Shown here: piece after piece, positions 27,071 to 40,344 of the stretch
Numbering within the stretch: the first letter of the stretch is position 1
Layout of the letters: each line of letters starts with the position of its first letter
Source of the DNA: Takakia lepidozioides
Taxonomy: Eukaryota > Plantae > Bryophyta
Reading direction: 5' to 3'
NCBI GenBank assembly: GCA_030704615.1
Contig: CM060733.1
Span: 71,362,001-71,426,000, forward strand
DNA: 64,000 nucleotides
Position numbers and translations under genes: made by a program
Notes under the pieces: generated by a model
What the model was told of the DNA's origin: nothing
The model's database searches: none
What the model saw: only the letters and a program-made list of their open reading frames with translations

Positions 27071-27259
27071 CATGGGTGTCCCGGATTTACAATCTTGCCA
27101 ACAACATTTTCTAACACACATATTATTCATAAACCGGAATTTGTTGCTGACATGGCCAAAACAACGTGCACCAAAATAACTGTCATGGTGATCAATATTC
27201 CCATGGGTTCAAATCCTAATAATGAATTCTATTTTAAGACACATTCCTTCAATATGTAT

Positions 27260-29570
27260 TGCTCATTTAACACGCATGCGGCCCTGCTCCTCAAGCTCCT
27301 TTTTAACACCGATAGAATCTCCTTTTGCAGCTACTCCCTTCTTTGTCGGCGTGCCATGAAGAACCCGGAAAATGGACGAACAAACATTCTTCTCAATATA
27401 CATGAGATCTAGAAGATGACGAATCTTCAGGTCCTACATATATCCCCACCTACAAACACTTCCACAAATATTTTGACGTGAAAGTGACAATGTAGTTCAT
27501 ACAAAATGTGCAATATCACATGCATGCATAAGGATATTGATGGTGTTCGTGTGGAATATGTACCGCCCAATATGACAACTTGTAGAAGATTGAAAGTCGC
27601 TTCATGCCGGACATGTCCACTTCACCGACCGTGCCCGCATGGGCCTCCTTCCATCGGTCCTCCCAAAACTGCCCGGATGGTGTCACAGGGAGGGGGACGT
27701 ACTTCCTCTTTGCCATAAAACAAGTGTTTCTCTCTTCTTCTCCATCGATGGCTTATAGGAAGAAACTTGCGGTAGTTGGGATACACCATCTTGTGAAGAT
27801 GGCGGAAGCTATGTGCATCAATATCATTGCCACAATGCAAGCATGCATGGTACCCTTTGGTGCTTAGCCCCGAGCAAACAATTAGTCTTGTACTACACAT
27901 CCCGCCACATTAGCAAAGACAAAAAGTTGTCATGTGCACAGCTCATAATGTCATCTACCCCACTACGGTGCACAAAACTGTCGCCGCTACTTCAATCAAT
28001 CCCAATCATCATCGATATTATCCGGCATTGACAAGTGAATGTATGCGGGTTGTTTATGGGGAACATAATATACCTGGATAATCATGCATTGTCCAAAGCA
28101 AGATGCCTATCATCTGAAAAGATTGTCCGGCCATAGGGTCAAGTGAAGCATCCAATGTCAGGACCCCCCTCCATAGCTTCTTAAGTTCATCAACAAGAGG
28201 TCGCAAGTACGTGTCCATGTTTGCCACTTATTTTTTCCTTATGAGACATTCACATCATTGTTTCAATGCTCCACCAATATGCAAATTATACTACAAAATG
28301 AATTACACGTCTTACTCTATGATTATGTCACTCATCAATCTTGCATCCGAATTGCGCCAGAGATCAGAAGTTTAATGTAAAGTCCAAGGAAATAATAAAC
28401 ATGAAATGAGAACACTCACCTGGCACAATGGTAGCCAACATGATATGATCTTTTTTTTATTGAAAGATACGGAGGGATGTTGTAATTCACCATGGTCACC
28501 GGCCAAGTGGAATGACTACATGACTGGAGAGAATGGGTTGACCCCATCCGAGGAGAAGCCGAGGTGGACATGTCGTGGGTCCTCCAAGAGAAAATGCCAC
28601 ATCTCTTCAGTATGCCTCCATGCTTGTGAATCTTGTGGCCCACACACCTTTCCCGGGGGGCTCCGATGCGAGGCATGTCATCTCATCAGTCTGGCCAATT
28701 CGGGGCTTCGGTATTGTGCCCTCAATCGCGGGATGATCGGAAAGTAATGCATTTTCTAGGATGAAATACCTCACGTCCCCCACATGTAATCATCCCATTA
28801 GCACATATAATACAACACCCTTATGTCTTTCCCTTTATGCAGCCTCTCCCTCATTTGGGCGTGAATGGTCAAAATGACAAAATCGAACGTCGCTCCTTCC
28901 ACTCCTCACTCACTCCTTCCAAAACCACAATCAGATCTTGCATGAGTACTACTCTCTAAACCCTAAACTTTGTGGAATACACTTTACATGCATTGAGAAG
29001 ATTAAATAAAGTAATTTTCATGCGAGGGGGAATGACGCTTATACCTTGTTTGGTATTTTTTTCCCTTGGACATCATCCCGATATCGGTCTTTCTTGCACT
29101 TTGGCCACTTGGTGAGACGCGAATTCTCTCCGTAGTATAGGGTTTTATCACATGGACATGCATGAAAAATCTTATAGCCCATCCCCACAGAGTCCAAGAC
29201 TTCGCGCGCCTCTTTCCGCGAACGTGGCATTTTGGGTTTCAAGTGTGGAGAAGGATAAAGTTTGCATTATGGCAAACATCCCAACATTACTTATGCCAAA
29301 TCGAATTTGAAGATTGAGCAAAAGTAAGATTGTTGAAAATCGACTCACTTTTGCCCATTCGTACAAGGGAGTTCTCGTCTCCCTCTCCATGTCATTTGAG
29401 GGCATTTCAGGATCATCGATTGGTCGGGTTCCCTCTCCATGGGATGCATCAGCGCCCACATGATGCATTAAGAGATCCTCCATGGCTTGCACATCCTCCT
29501 GATTAATTCCATGCCCATTGTCATTGTCACTGTCACTGTCATCGTCATCGTCATCATCATTTGGTACCAT
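27260..29570 (-). mobile_element. CACTA (En/Spm) transposase pseudogene, Tnp2/Transposase_21 type, with introns
   Basis: Motifs in correct order on the minus strand: TPLYE..KVSRFS.ILLLLNLQ, YKIFHACPCDKTLYYGEN...KCKKDRY, YFPIIPRLRAQY, DPRHVHLGFSSDGVNPF, HSTWPV.MVNYNIPP, MDTYLRPLVDELKKLW.GV, SGLSTKGYHACLHC, YRKFLPISHRWR, DLMYIEKNV. Stops and frameshifts present; no CACTA TIR pair identified. Confidence 0.92.
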
Positions 29571-30011
29571 GGGGGCGGCGTCTCACCCACGCCTCCTACC
29601 TAATGTACTTGGGTTGTTTTCGGATGGGGTGCCAAAAGAAATGACCAGGAAATGAGGGAAAAAGTCCTAATACGAACAAATGAACATATGTGCATATATT
29701 ATAATGTGTCATTGCAACCATACAACTTATTATAAGCGAAATGCAAACAACAACCTTCAATGTGTGCATGCATCAAATATGTCATTCAATAATTACATGT
29801 ATGTGCGCAATGTCACGCATGCAAAGTTTCAAACCCAAACAAAATCTTTTGCCCCCCCAAGGACGCGTTCACCCTATCAACCAATTTTTGTTTATTAATA
29901 CGAAAGAAAATCCTCTCATGCCATTGCACCCATCAAACGGATGTGGCTCGAGCTTCATTTTTTCCCACATGTGCTTAAATATGTGTGCAACACCTGTGCA
30001 AAGATCCAGCA

Positions 30012-30012
30012 G

Positions 30013-30051
<39 letters not shown>
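30012..30051 (+). repeat. Poly(A) tract, ~40 nt
   Basis: Direct reading. Confidence 0.95.
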
Positions 30052-30052
<1 letters not shown>

Positions 30053-30929
30053 ACATTTGCCTCCCCCAATGACGCACTCACCCTTGAACCAATTTTGAAT
30101 TAAATCGAATTTAAATGAATTTAAAATAAATATTTACATTTAAAAAATATATGATTGCGGTTTTGAGGGGCGTAATGATTTTATTTTTTGCTCTATTTTG
30201 TTCTATGACATTGAGATTTTCACCACTACATCCATGCAAAACATTGGACCAAAAAAAAAATGGAACAAAAAAAATGTGCTTCTAGGGTCACTTTTGTAGA
30301 ACTATCTATGAAGAGTGCATGAAGTTGAAGATAACTCAACTTTGGAGTGCAAATGAGAGAATAAAATATGGTTCTGGGTCCAAATGACTTTTGTTTACTC
30401 CCAAATTATGTTGTCATTAAGCATATGGCTTGAAAATGGAATTAAAAAAAATTCATGTGTAGGCGAAACGCAATTTTCCGTCTCTACGACACGTAGCTGC
30501 GTTCAACACTAGAATGACCCATTGAATGAACTTGGTTCAAGCTCATATTTGGTCCACATGTGATAACTATGTTTAGATCACATATGCACAGTTGCAACCC
30601 ACACGAGCAACAAGAAAAATATTTACATCAATCGATTAATCGGATATATACAAAGTACATCATGATAATACACTATAAGAAAAGTTGGCTTTTACGACTC
30701 TGTCTTATGACTGCAAATGCAGTTATGAAAGCCATTTACGACTTCCTAACTCTGAAGAAGTAGAAGTCGAGTTAGTTGTGACATGGTAGTCGTGGCTGCC
30801 ATGGAGTCGTAAGTGACAGTCGTCAGACTTTTCCGAGCAGCACGCTGACGATGCAAGCTAGCACTATCGTGTGAACGCCAAAATATTGGATGTGAGGAGT
30901 TCTGATCTCGGCCTCATACGACGTGCAAT

Positions 30930-33180
30930 GAACAAAATGAATGTGTAAGTATTTATGTGCAATTGTGCTTACATCCACACCCTCCACACCGGTGTTACCT
31001 CCACCCCTTCTGCCTGGGGAGGTTTCTTCTACTGTGACGGCATTTTTCTTAGGTTTCTGTTCTTTTTCTGCTGTTTTTTCGTTGCCACTGCAGCCCATAG
31101 AGCAGTGTTGGGCCTTGGCTTGTTCAATTTGGGCTGCAGCTACTTCGGCGGCCTCCTCGGCACCTTCTTCCGTCAAGGGCTCCATGTTTGTTGGTGCCTC
31201 TAGTTCGTGATTTGTGTACTTCGTGTACACTTCAGCCTCCTCATCAGGAATAAGATTCGGTGGCAAGTCAAGCCACCAAAAGCACGACGGATGTGAGGCT
31301 TTCACGTATAGGCCCAACTGCCTTCCATTGTACATTGTGCAGTCACCCCGCTGACTAGCCCATTGTATGACCATGGCCGACATACACTTTATGTGCTTGT
31401 TGGCGAGCAAGTAGAAGTTGAGGTACCTACAAAATTGTACGAGACACGTGTTAATGTAGCAAACATAAGCACTCCACCATGACCTCAATTTTTGCAAAAA
31501 TCTATTTTGATGGAACTGTCATGAATCTTCTAACCTGTCTATAATTCGACGGGCCGGTAAAGTCCCCCCTGGTTGCTCGGTAATCTGCTAGCTACGACCA
31601 GGCCCATCCTTCATCTGGCTTCAGAATAATTCCCTCCAATACTTTATCCGGAACTCGTCCACCCACTCTGACAGAGACGTCCGTGGGGATGGTGCCTCCT
31701 CCCGGGTTGGTAGCTGCAAGAACCTCTTTTAAATGAGCCACTCCAACTGTCCCTCAGCTTCCTCCTTTTGCTGCAACCCGAGCCACAAAATAAGAATGAA
31801 CAATGTCATATACCAAAAGTACTTTAAGTAATTAACGGTGTTTACCTGGAACCACCCTTGGGGGGGGTCACTCACCGTATTTTCAAAACCACGTGAGAAC
31901 AAATATAGGATGTGATTTATTTTTTTGAGGTAAATTTTAGAAAAGTTTTACTTAGAAAATACGGTAGGGCAATATCCTTTCACCCAGTTTTTTTAAAAGA
32001 AGGGTCACCAAAAATCTAGTGTTTTACTTAAAAAGTTAATGTAATAAAGGGTTTTATCTACAGTATAATGTATCTATCCTCGTGAAGTTTCTCATATTTC
32101 ATCCAGCTCTAATCTGTCAGGATGAAATCAGGTAGAGGTCACCTGAAGTTCAAATATGATTCTAGTGATACACAGTAGATTGATGTTGATACCATAATCT
32201 CAACAGTGACTATGACATTTGAACCATCTCAAAACTTGTACTCTTTAGATCCAAGTGATATTGCGGCTTTCAATGAGTTCGTGGCTAATGAAAATTAACC
32301 TTTTTCTTGGGTTCGGCATTTGACTTATGTTATATGAAATGTACTTGTTTGTGTACAAGCTTTGAAATTTTGCAATTATTTAAAAGGACAATTTAAAATA
32401 GGGTCTAATTAATTGTTGCAAAAGAAAATTATAAAAAAATAGGGTGTTAGAAAACAAAGGGGTTTACAATATTACCTAAAGATAGGGTGGAAAAAAATGC
32501 CAAATTTTAAAAATATAGCCTAGTATAAATATACCTTTGTACGCACGTGATATGTGAAAAATACATATAGTGACCCCCCCGTGGAACCACCATGTCATCT
32601 TGTCCAACCACAAGCCGAACATCACATCTGTTGGAGCCTTGGGAAATTTAACATCTTTCCTAGTCCCAAGGTCGGAATTCCAAATCTTCAACCACACCAC
32701 CTTCTCCGCAGCTGTAACCTCACTCGTTGCCAACATCTGCAACTTCTCTAATGTCATTTCAGGCTTCTGGTTGACAGCCAATTTCTTATAGTGCGTGGTT
32801 ATCTCCAGCAAAAACTCAACACCCAAATCTGGGTCACAGATAGACGAGTATTTGGCTATTTTTGTGTACCACTTCGTCTTGTGCACTTGAAAATCATCGC
32901 AATGGCCTCCCTAATGAGTTCAGTGTTTTCGGTCGTGGCCTGGGCAAGTGCGCATGGGCTTCCAAGCACGCATTTCTGATTCTGCGGAATCCCTCTTGAC
33001 CCATGTACTCTATGAGAGCATCTCACGATATCATCATCCAGTTCCCATCCCGCTTGTTCAAGCACTTCTCATAAACGTCTGGTGGAAGTGCTATTTCGTA
33101 CTGCTCAACTGGTGTGGTTGCGCATTTTTGGAAGTAGAACAGCTTGTGAGGAAGTTCTGATGACACGTTTCCACGATCTG
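30930..33180 (-). pseudogene. Unknown spliced ORF upstream of and co-oriented with the CACTA transposase (possible second CACTA gene or cargo)
   Basis: Protein-like segments HKTKWYTKIAKYSSICDPDLGVEF...DKMTWWFQ (donor GTAAAC at ~31845 once the MITE is removed) and RYLNFYLLANKHIKC...CFWWLDLPPNL (acceptor near 31426). No recognisable domain. Confidence 0.4.
31857..32581. mobile_element. Mutator-like non-autonomous element (MITE), ~725 bp
   Basis: Imperfect ~45-bp TIRs beginning GGGGGGTCACT....GTATTTT.CA....CACGTG.G.ACAAA at both ends; 10-bp TSD TGGAACCACC at 31847-31856 and 32582-32591; AT-rich interior. Confidence 0.82.
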
Positions 33181-34004
33181 TTACGCTGCACAACGCACAC
33201 CAAAACGCTACTTAGTCGGCAACGACTCTGACAGGAAAACACCTAATTGTAGATAGTCGGCTCCCACCATAACCGTGCATCCCAACAGAAAATTTGCTAT
33301 AGCACCTACACCCCTCCAAAGTGGTATAGTCGGGAACGACTATACCACTTGAAATGAACATGGCATTCAAAAGTTGAACAAAATAGTTTCGGCGAGTCAA
33401 ATTGCAATAGAAGGACCTCCAAGTCCTTTGCAATGAGTCATAGTCGGTCCCGACTATACAGGATCCTCGATCATGGGCAATGTGTTGTGCTGAAAATGAC
33501 AAACCTGTAGGTGAGGAAGGGGGTCTGGCAATGAGACATGACGAAGAAAACACTAACGTATGCGAGGCCCCGAAATTGCATTACTGCAGAAATATTCAAT
33601 TTCTCACTCATGCGATGCAGAAGTTCCCTCCCGTTGGCAGGGAAGCTGTTATAGTCGTTCCCGACTATAATGGTTGAAGCATAGGTATGCAGATCTAACA
33701 TACACGGTCACCCATGCTCACTAGGAAAAGAGACAGATGGTGCAAACAGGCCTACGGAGATATTACCCAAGCCTTGCATAATTTTCAGGTGGAGCAGAAG
33801 AACAGGTCTGCTCGGACCTTGACATTCGGGGCAGGAGGCAATGAGGGCAGGATGTTGTAGCTTGCATCTGTGCTGCTGTACGAAGCGATAGCTTTGCGAG
33901 AGGGGTTGCAAAGACAGAGGTAACATGCCTCAAGTGCGATTGGTTCCAATTTGTCATCCGTAGGTTGGCCACAAAAGGCTCGTCCAGCAGGTGACCCAAA
34001 ATTT

Positions 34005-35030
34005 GGATGAACATGTCCGTGATGAAACTCATTCTCCACGCGACGGATGGATTTCGGCGCCGAAATTTGGATGAATATGTCTGTCATGGAACTCTGATTG
34101 AAGGCACCGGATGAATTTCGGCGCCGAAATTCGAATGAACACGTGCGTGATGAAACTCATTCTCTAGGCGACGGATGAATTTCTGCACCGAAATCGGCAT
34201 GAACATATCCGTGATGCAACTCTTTGGCGAGGCGACAGATGAATTTCTGCACTGAAATCGGCATGAACATGTCCGTGATGCAACTCTTTGGCGAGGTGTC
34301 GGATGAATTTCGGCACCGTAATTCACCAGAGCATGTCCGTGACGAGACACATTTTGAAGGCGATGGATGAATTTCGGCGCCGAAATACGAATGAACGTCT
34401 ACGGAACGGAACACGGTTTCGTGCATACAGATGAATTTTTTGGCGCCGAAATAGGGATGAACGTACTCATTCATGAAGGAAAAAACATGACAATGGATGC
34501 ATATCCTCGCGGAAATGGAGAATCAGTGCCCCTTAACCCCTGCAAGTGGCCAAATGTTCGTTATCCATAGCACGCAATCTATTTTTTCTAAAGTTAGGGG
34601 AACATTAATTGCATTTAGAGGCGTTTTTAGGATGCGAAACTGTCAGAATCCCTGAAGCGGCACTTCTCGTACTGCACGTTGCACCACATAAACTCTTACT
34701 TTGATTAATTTCGGCGCCGTAATGGGCATAATCGTCCGGACATGGCTCAGTGAACTGACATGTGCAGAAACCATAAGGGATAATGTTGCCGCAGGTGCAT
34801 TGCATGGTGCGGATGGACTGTGGGCAGTGGATGTATTTCGGCGCCGAAATATGGTTTTTGTTAATGAATTTTGGCGCCGAATTCGGATGAAATGTCCCCA
34901 AATACATGACTCTGCCCTGTTTGTGGATGAATTTCAGGATCGAAATCCAACTGAGCAGTCTGCTCATGACGGATGACTCGCGGGCGTGCGATGAATTTCA
35001 GTGCCGAAATTCAAATTTATGGGGATGAAA
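34005..35030. repeat. Degenerate ~62-bp tandem array with palindromic core GATGA-ATTTCGGCGCCGAAAT
   Basis: About 8 units over 34005-34470 and about 5 scattered cores over 34705-35010; the 16-bp core is a perfect palindrome. Confidence 0.85.
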
Positions 35031-35159
35031 ACCGCACACATGACGGTTGCATGTCAATGGGCTCTTGGGTCCGGTGGCGGATGGAAATTGTCGTGCGCAT
35101 ACATATCGCTACACAACTACATCGTTGTCCAAAACCACACAACATATGTGCACACCAAA

Positions 35160-35363
35160 CACTAGTCTATCACTAGTCCACCACTAGTGCACCACTAGGC
35201 TGCCACTAGACAACCACTAGTCCAACCACTAGGCTGCCACTAGCCACCACTAGTGCAGCCACTAGTCCAACCACTAGGCTGCCACCAGCCACCACTAGTG
35301 CAGCCACTAGTCCACCACTAGGCTGCCACTAGCCCCCACTAGTGCAGCCACTAGTCCATCACA
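35160..35363 (-). repeat. Start of 3' LTR, made of CTAGTGG-based tandem repeats (homologue at 46720-46857)
   Basis: TGTGATGG directly after the PPT in both copies, then many CCACTAG units on the plus strand. Homology between the two copies ends where the array ends. Confidence 0.7.
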
Positions 35364-35623
35364 ATCGCCCCCTTAGCTGGGTCTTAGGTCCCTCTAAGTC
35401 CAGGTAGCCATAAGATGTGATAGTGGCCATAGCCTCACTAAGTCCTCCACCACTGTCCCTATTACACTCAAACTCGATAGATCAAGAGGCCGGGTACAAG
35501 AGTTGCCCCATCGTTAGTCGCCGTCTTGCAACCTGTGAACTTGAGCCTGAGATCTCGGGTATTGACTCCTATGAGTTTGGCCTCTCATGTCTTGTTGGCT
35601 GCCACTAGTCATATCCACTGCCA

Positions 35624-35767
35624 CTATCCCAAGCAGTGTGGACATAACCAATCTCCATCAGGAACCCTCTCAAGAGGTGGTGTCAAGCATCCCATATGCC
35701 AACCTCTTGAGCATCGATCACACACCAGCATAGTGGCGGCACCACGAGCATGCCCACATAGCATGCA
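35624..35767 (-). other. PHD finger (C4HC3) at the integrase C-terminus, copy 1 (copy 2 at 47117-47260)
   Basis: CMLCGHARGAATMLVCDRCSRGWHMGCLTPPLERVPDGDWLCPHC then LG-stop; all eight zinc ligands present in both copies. Confidence 0.93.
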
Positions 35768-38700
35768 GCGCAATCCTGTAAGTACCACTGCAAGGTTGGA
35801 ATCTATCTTCTCATCCACATTTGGAAGGTGACATGGCGCACAATTGCGCACATGGTCCTTCCATACCATGCCATCTCGACCCTCCAGAATCAACACTCCT
35901 GAAGGCAACACCTCCCTGACCCTTAGAATCACACGTCCTGCTGTGACATCCAAGGTCGTAGGCGCTATCTGCTACAGATACACATAGTCCCTAGGGTGGA
36001 AACGCCAAACACCTGGCCGATATCCCCCTCCACGTACACTGGCATACCTCAATGTGTCTCGGTGTTGGGCAATAGCAAGATTCTCAAAAGCCATAGGCAT
36101 GACTCTATTGAACAACTATGCCCGCTGGGCACATGCTTGTGTCCACACATCCGGATCATCAAGGTTGAGGACTACTGCAGCCTCCCTGTGAATAGATGCA
36201 GGCAAATCCGACTCTCGGTCAAAGAGAAGAAAATATGGTGAGAAGGAGGCAAGTGAGGCTTGCTTGCTAAACCTGTAGCCCATGGCTAACCAAGGTACCT
36301 AAAGATCCCAATCTCCTAGGTGTCCCTTTTGCAAGCCATACTTGCGCAAACCCCTCTTCACCGTCTGCACCACTCTCTCTGCCAAGCCATCGGTCTCAGG
36401 ATGATCCCGAGAAGTGGTACGGTGGTCTATCAAGGCTTTATCACACAAAGCCTGAAACTCCACCAAGAACTCTCTCCTTTGGTCCGTGAGTACCTCAGCT
36501 GGAGCACCAAATCGGCTAAGCACACGATCCAGGAATGCATACGCAACCCCCTCACTAGCCTTGTCAGGCAATGGAACCAACTCAATCCACTTGGAGAAGT
36601 GCTCCACCATCACCAACACATATCTGTGGTGGCGCATTGTCAATGGCAACAGCCCTGCGAAGTCAAGACTCCACCTGTAGCCCAATCCCATGATGGGTAA
36701 TGGATGCAACTGTGGTGTAGGGGCGTTGAAGCACGCACCCTGTCACACACCATGCACCTAGCCACGAACTGTTGCACCTCTTTGTGCATCCCACGCCACC
36801 AATACTGCCCCTCTAGTAAACTATGAGTGCGTCGCACTCCAAAATGCCCCAACTCCTCATGGGCATGCCGCACTAACCGTGCACGCTGTGTTGGGTGAGG
36901 CACGATCCTCACCCGACCATCCTCCCACACTCGAAGCAGGTGTATCCCCTCCCACTTGAACCTCTTGGCTCAATATAGGATCCGATCCCTCTCTTTGGCA
37001 GTCACACTAACTGTCGTGTCTCCAGTGCGGAGGTAGTCCAACACAACCAAATCCTCATGTATATCTTTGGCAGCACCTGGCTCATCACTAGCCTCAGGGT
37101 CCTCAGACACTCCGTCTACAGTCATCCCTGTTGTAGGTCCGACCTGACCTCCTGATGCCAAGATACACAAGAAGGCAGATGCTTGCCATCCTGACACCAT
37201 CTCCTCGTCCGTCTCACCATGCCACCGAGCTCCAATGTCATCCTGCTGGCTCGTGCATGGATTGCGACTCAATCCATCCGCATCCCTATTGACCAAACCC
37301 GATCGATGCACAACCTAAAAGTCATACTCTTGGAGTATAAGTGCCCACCGTGCAAGCTTCCCCATAAGCTTGTCTGACTCCATCAACCACTTGAGTGGTT
37401 GGTGATCCGTGACAATGGTGAAGAGATTGCCGTATAGATAGCATCTGAAGTGTGCCACGGCCCACACTGCAGCTAAACACTCCCCCTCATATGAGCTATA
37501 CTTAGACTCTGCAACGTTGTTCGAGCGGCTAGCATAAGCCACTACGAACTCTCTTCCCTCGTCATCCACCTGTGTGAGCACTGCTCCAAGTCTAGCATGC
37601 TCCAATCTATATGCACCTGAAAGGGACGCCCCCTGATAGATCGTCTCAAGATGGGCGCCGAGGTCAACCTCGTCTTGAGCTCCTGAAAAGCTCGCTCTTG
37701 CTCATCTTCCCACTGCCACTCCTGGTCTACCTTGGTCAGCTTGGTTAGAGCCTTTGCAATAGCACTAAATCCCTTGACAAACTGTCTATAGTAGTTTGCC
37801 AACCCCATGAAAGCTCGAACTCGGCTTACATCCATGGGACGTGGAGTCTGTGCGGTGGCCTCTACCTTAGTCTGTTGCACCCCCAATCCTCCAGGATATA
37901 TCATGTGGCCCAAATACTCAATCTGGTTGTGGAAGAACTTGCACTTCCCATGATGTAATTTCAATCCGTGCGCTCTCAAGCGCTCAAACACCACTTGAAG
38001 GTGTCTCTCGTGCTCCTCCACCGTAGCACTAAAGATGATGATGTCATCTATGTAGCACCGAGCAAAGTCTACCCCTGTTAGAATCCTGTCCATAACTCTC
38101 TGGAACTCTGCAGGAGCGTTCTTAAGCCTGAATGGTAAGAACTGCCACTGATATAGGCAATCTTTCCCATGCTCATTGATCCCCCAGAATGTCGTCTTCG
38201 CCTCCTTGATCGGCAACTGGTGATATCCGGACCGCAAGTCCAAAGTGCTAAAGACCTTGGCATTCCCAATGGCATCAAAGATCTCCTCCGGTTTGGGCAT
38301 GGCATACTTATCGGACTTGGTCTGACAATTTACAGGCCGGTAATCACCGCACATACGTCTCTCCGTCTAATTGCCATAGACATCCTTCTTGGCTGGCATC
38401 ACCGTGGCTGAAGCATACTCTCCACCCGAGAGCTCTACCAAACCAGCCTCTCAGAGATCTTGAGTCCTCATCTGAATAAAAAACCTCTCCATGTCACTGT
38501 ATCTATAGGGTCTCTGAAAGATTGGCGTGTCCGTGGCCAACTCAATACAAATCTCCTGACCCTTCAGTGCTCCCAAATCCTTCAAACTGAAGGCAAAGCA
38601 ATTCTTGTAAGCCCTCAAGAACCGCCGTATACGTCGTCTCTCTCCTCCAGTGACAATGGGTCCAATGTCAGGCTCCCAATTGTCCTCCGTAACTGCAACC

Positions 38701-40344
38701 TTAAGTCCAGCAGACTTAGAGGTAGGAGACGCGTCCCATGATTTCTATGCCGCAACCTCTTGAGCAATACTCCCTGCTTGCTCAGTCAATGAGAAGGCCT
38801 CATCCTTGAGGACCTCCTCAAACTCTCTTCCCTCATCATCCACATGTATGAGCACCGCTCCAAGCCCCAGCATGCTCTAATCCGTATGCAGCTGAAATGG
38901 GCGCCCCCTGATAGGTTGTCTCAAGATGGGCGCCGAGGTCAACCTCGCCTTGAGCTCCTGAAAAGCTCGCTCTTGCTCATCTTCCCACTGCCACTCCTGG
39001 TCTACCTTGGTCAACTTGGTTAGAGCCTTTGCGATAGCACTAAATTCCTTGACAAACCGTTTATAGTAGTTTGCCAACCCCAGGAAAGCTCGAACTCGGC
39101 TCACATCCGTGGGGCGTGGAATCTGTGCGATGGCCTCTACCTTAGTCTGATGTAGCCCCAATCCTCCAGGATATATCATGTGGCCCAGATACTCAATCTC
39201 GTTATGGAAGAACTTGCACTTCCCATGATGTAATTTCAATCCGTGCGCTCTCAAGCGCTCAAACACCACCTGAAGGTGTCTCTCATGCTCCTCCACCGTA
39301 GCACTAAAGATGGTGATGTCATCTATGTAGCACCGAGCAAAATCCACCCCTGCTAGAATCCTGTCCATGACTCTCTGGAACTCTGCAGGAGCGTTCTTAA
39401 GCCCGAATGGTAAGAACCGCCACTGATATAGGCAATCATTCCCGTGCTCATTGATCCGCTAGAATGTCGTTTTCTGCTTGTCTGCCTCCTTGATCGGCAA
39501 CTGGTGATATCCGGACCGCAAGTCCAAAGTGCTAAAGACCTTGGCATTCCCAATGGCATCAAAGATCTCCTCCGGTTTGGGCATGGCATACTTATCGGAC
39601 TTGGTCTGACAATTTACAGGCCGGTAATCACCGCACATACGTCTCTCCGTCTAATTGCCATAGACATCCTTCTTGGCTGGCATCACCGTGGCTGAAGCAT
39701 ACTCTCCACCAGAGAGCTCTACCAAACCAGCCTCTCAGAGATCTTGAGTCCTCATCTGAATAAAAAACCTCTCCATGTCACTGTATCCATAGGGTCTCTG
39801 AAAGATTGGCGTGTCCGTGGCCAACTCAATACAAATCTCCTGACCCTTCAGTGCTCCCAAATCCTTCAAACTGAAGGCAAAGCAATTCTTGTAAGCCCTC
39901 AAGAACCGCCGTATACGTTGTCTCTCTCCTCCAGTGACAATGGGTCCAATGTCAGGCTCCCAATTGTCCTCCGTAACTGCAACCTTAAGTCCAGTAGACT
40001 AAGAGGTAGGAGATGCGTCCCGTGGTTGCTATGCCGCAACCTCATGAGCAGTACTCCCTGCTTGCTCAGTCAATGATAAGGCCTCATCCTGCCCCATCAT
40101 CTCATCCTTGAAGACCTCCTCAACCCGAGAAGAATCCCCAACCTCATCCATCACAGCCGCCTTGGCTGCCAACTCCCTCTGAACCTCGAGCACCTCCCAC
40201 GTGTGCCATGGATGTCTACACCCCGTGGTCCTCACCGGCTCGCCCCCACTCACTGTTTGTACCATCTCGGTAGGCAGAGAGACCGTCAAGGGAAGTGCAT
40301 TCCACACTCTACGTTGCTCAGCCATAGCCAAGCTGATAATCCAG

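Noticed and set aside
30012-30051. Poly(A) tail of a retrocopy or SINE
   Set aside because: No convincing TSD, Pol III boxes or parent gene visible upstream.
34005-34470. CRISPR-like regularly spaced palindromic repeats
   Set aside because: The intervening segments are homologous to each other, so this is a tandem repeat; the context is eukaryotic and there are no cas genes.
35160-35360. CACTA termini within the CCACTAG repeats
   Set aside because: The same array follows the PPT in both retrotransposon copies, so it belongs to the LTR; no partner TIR or 3-bp TSD was found.
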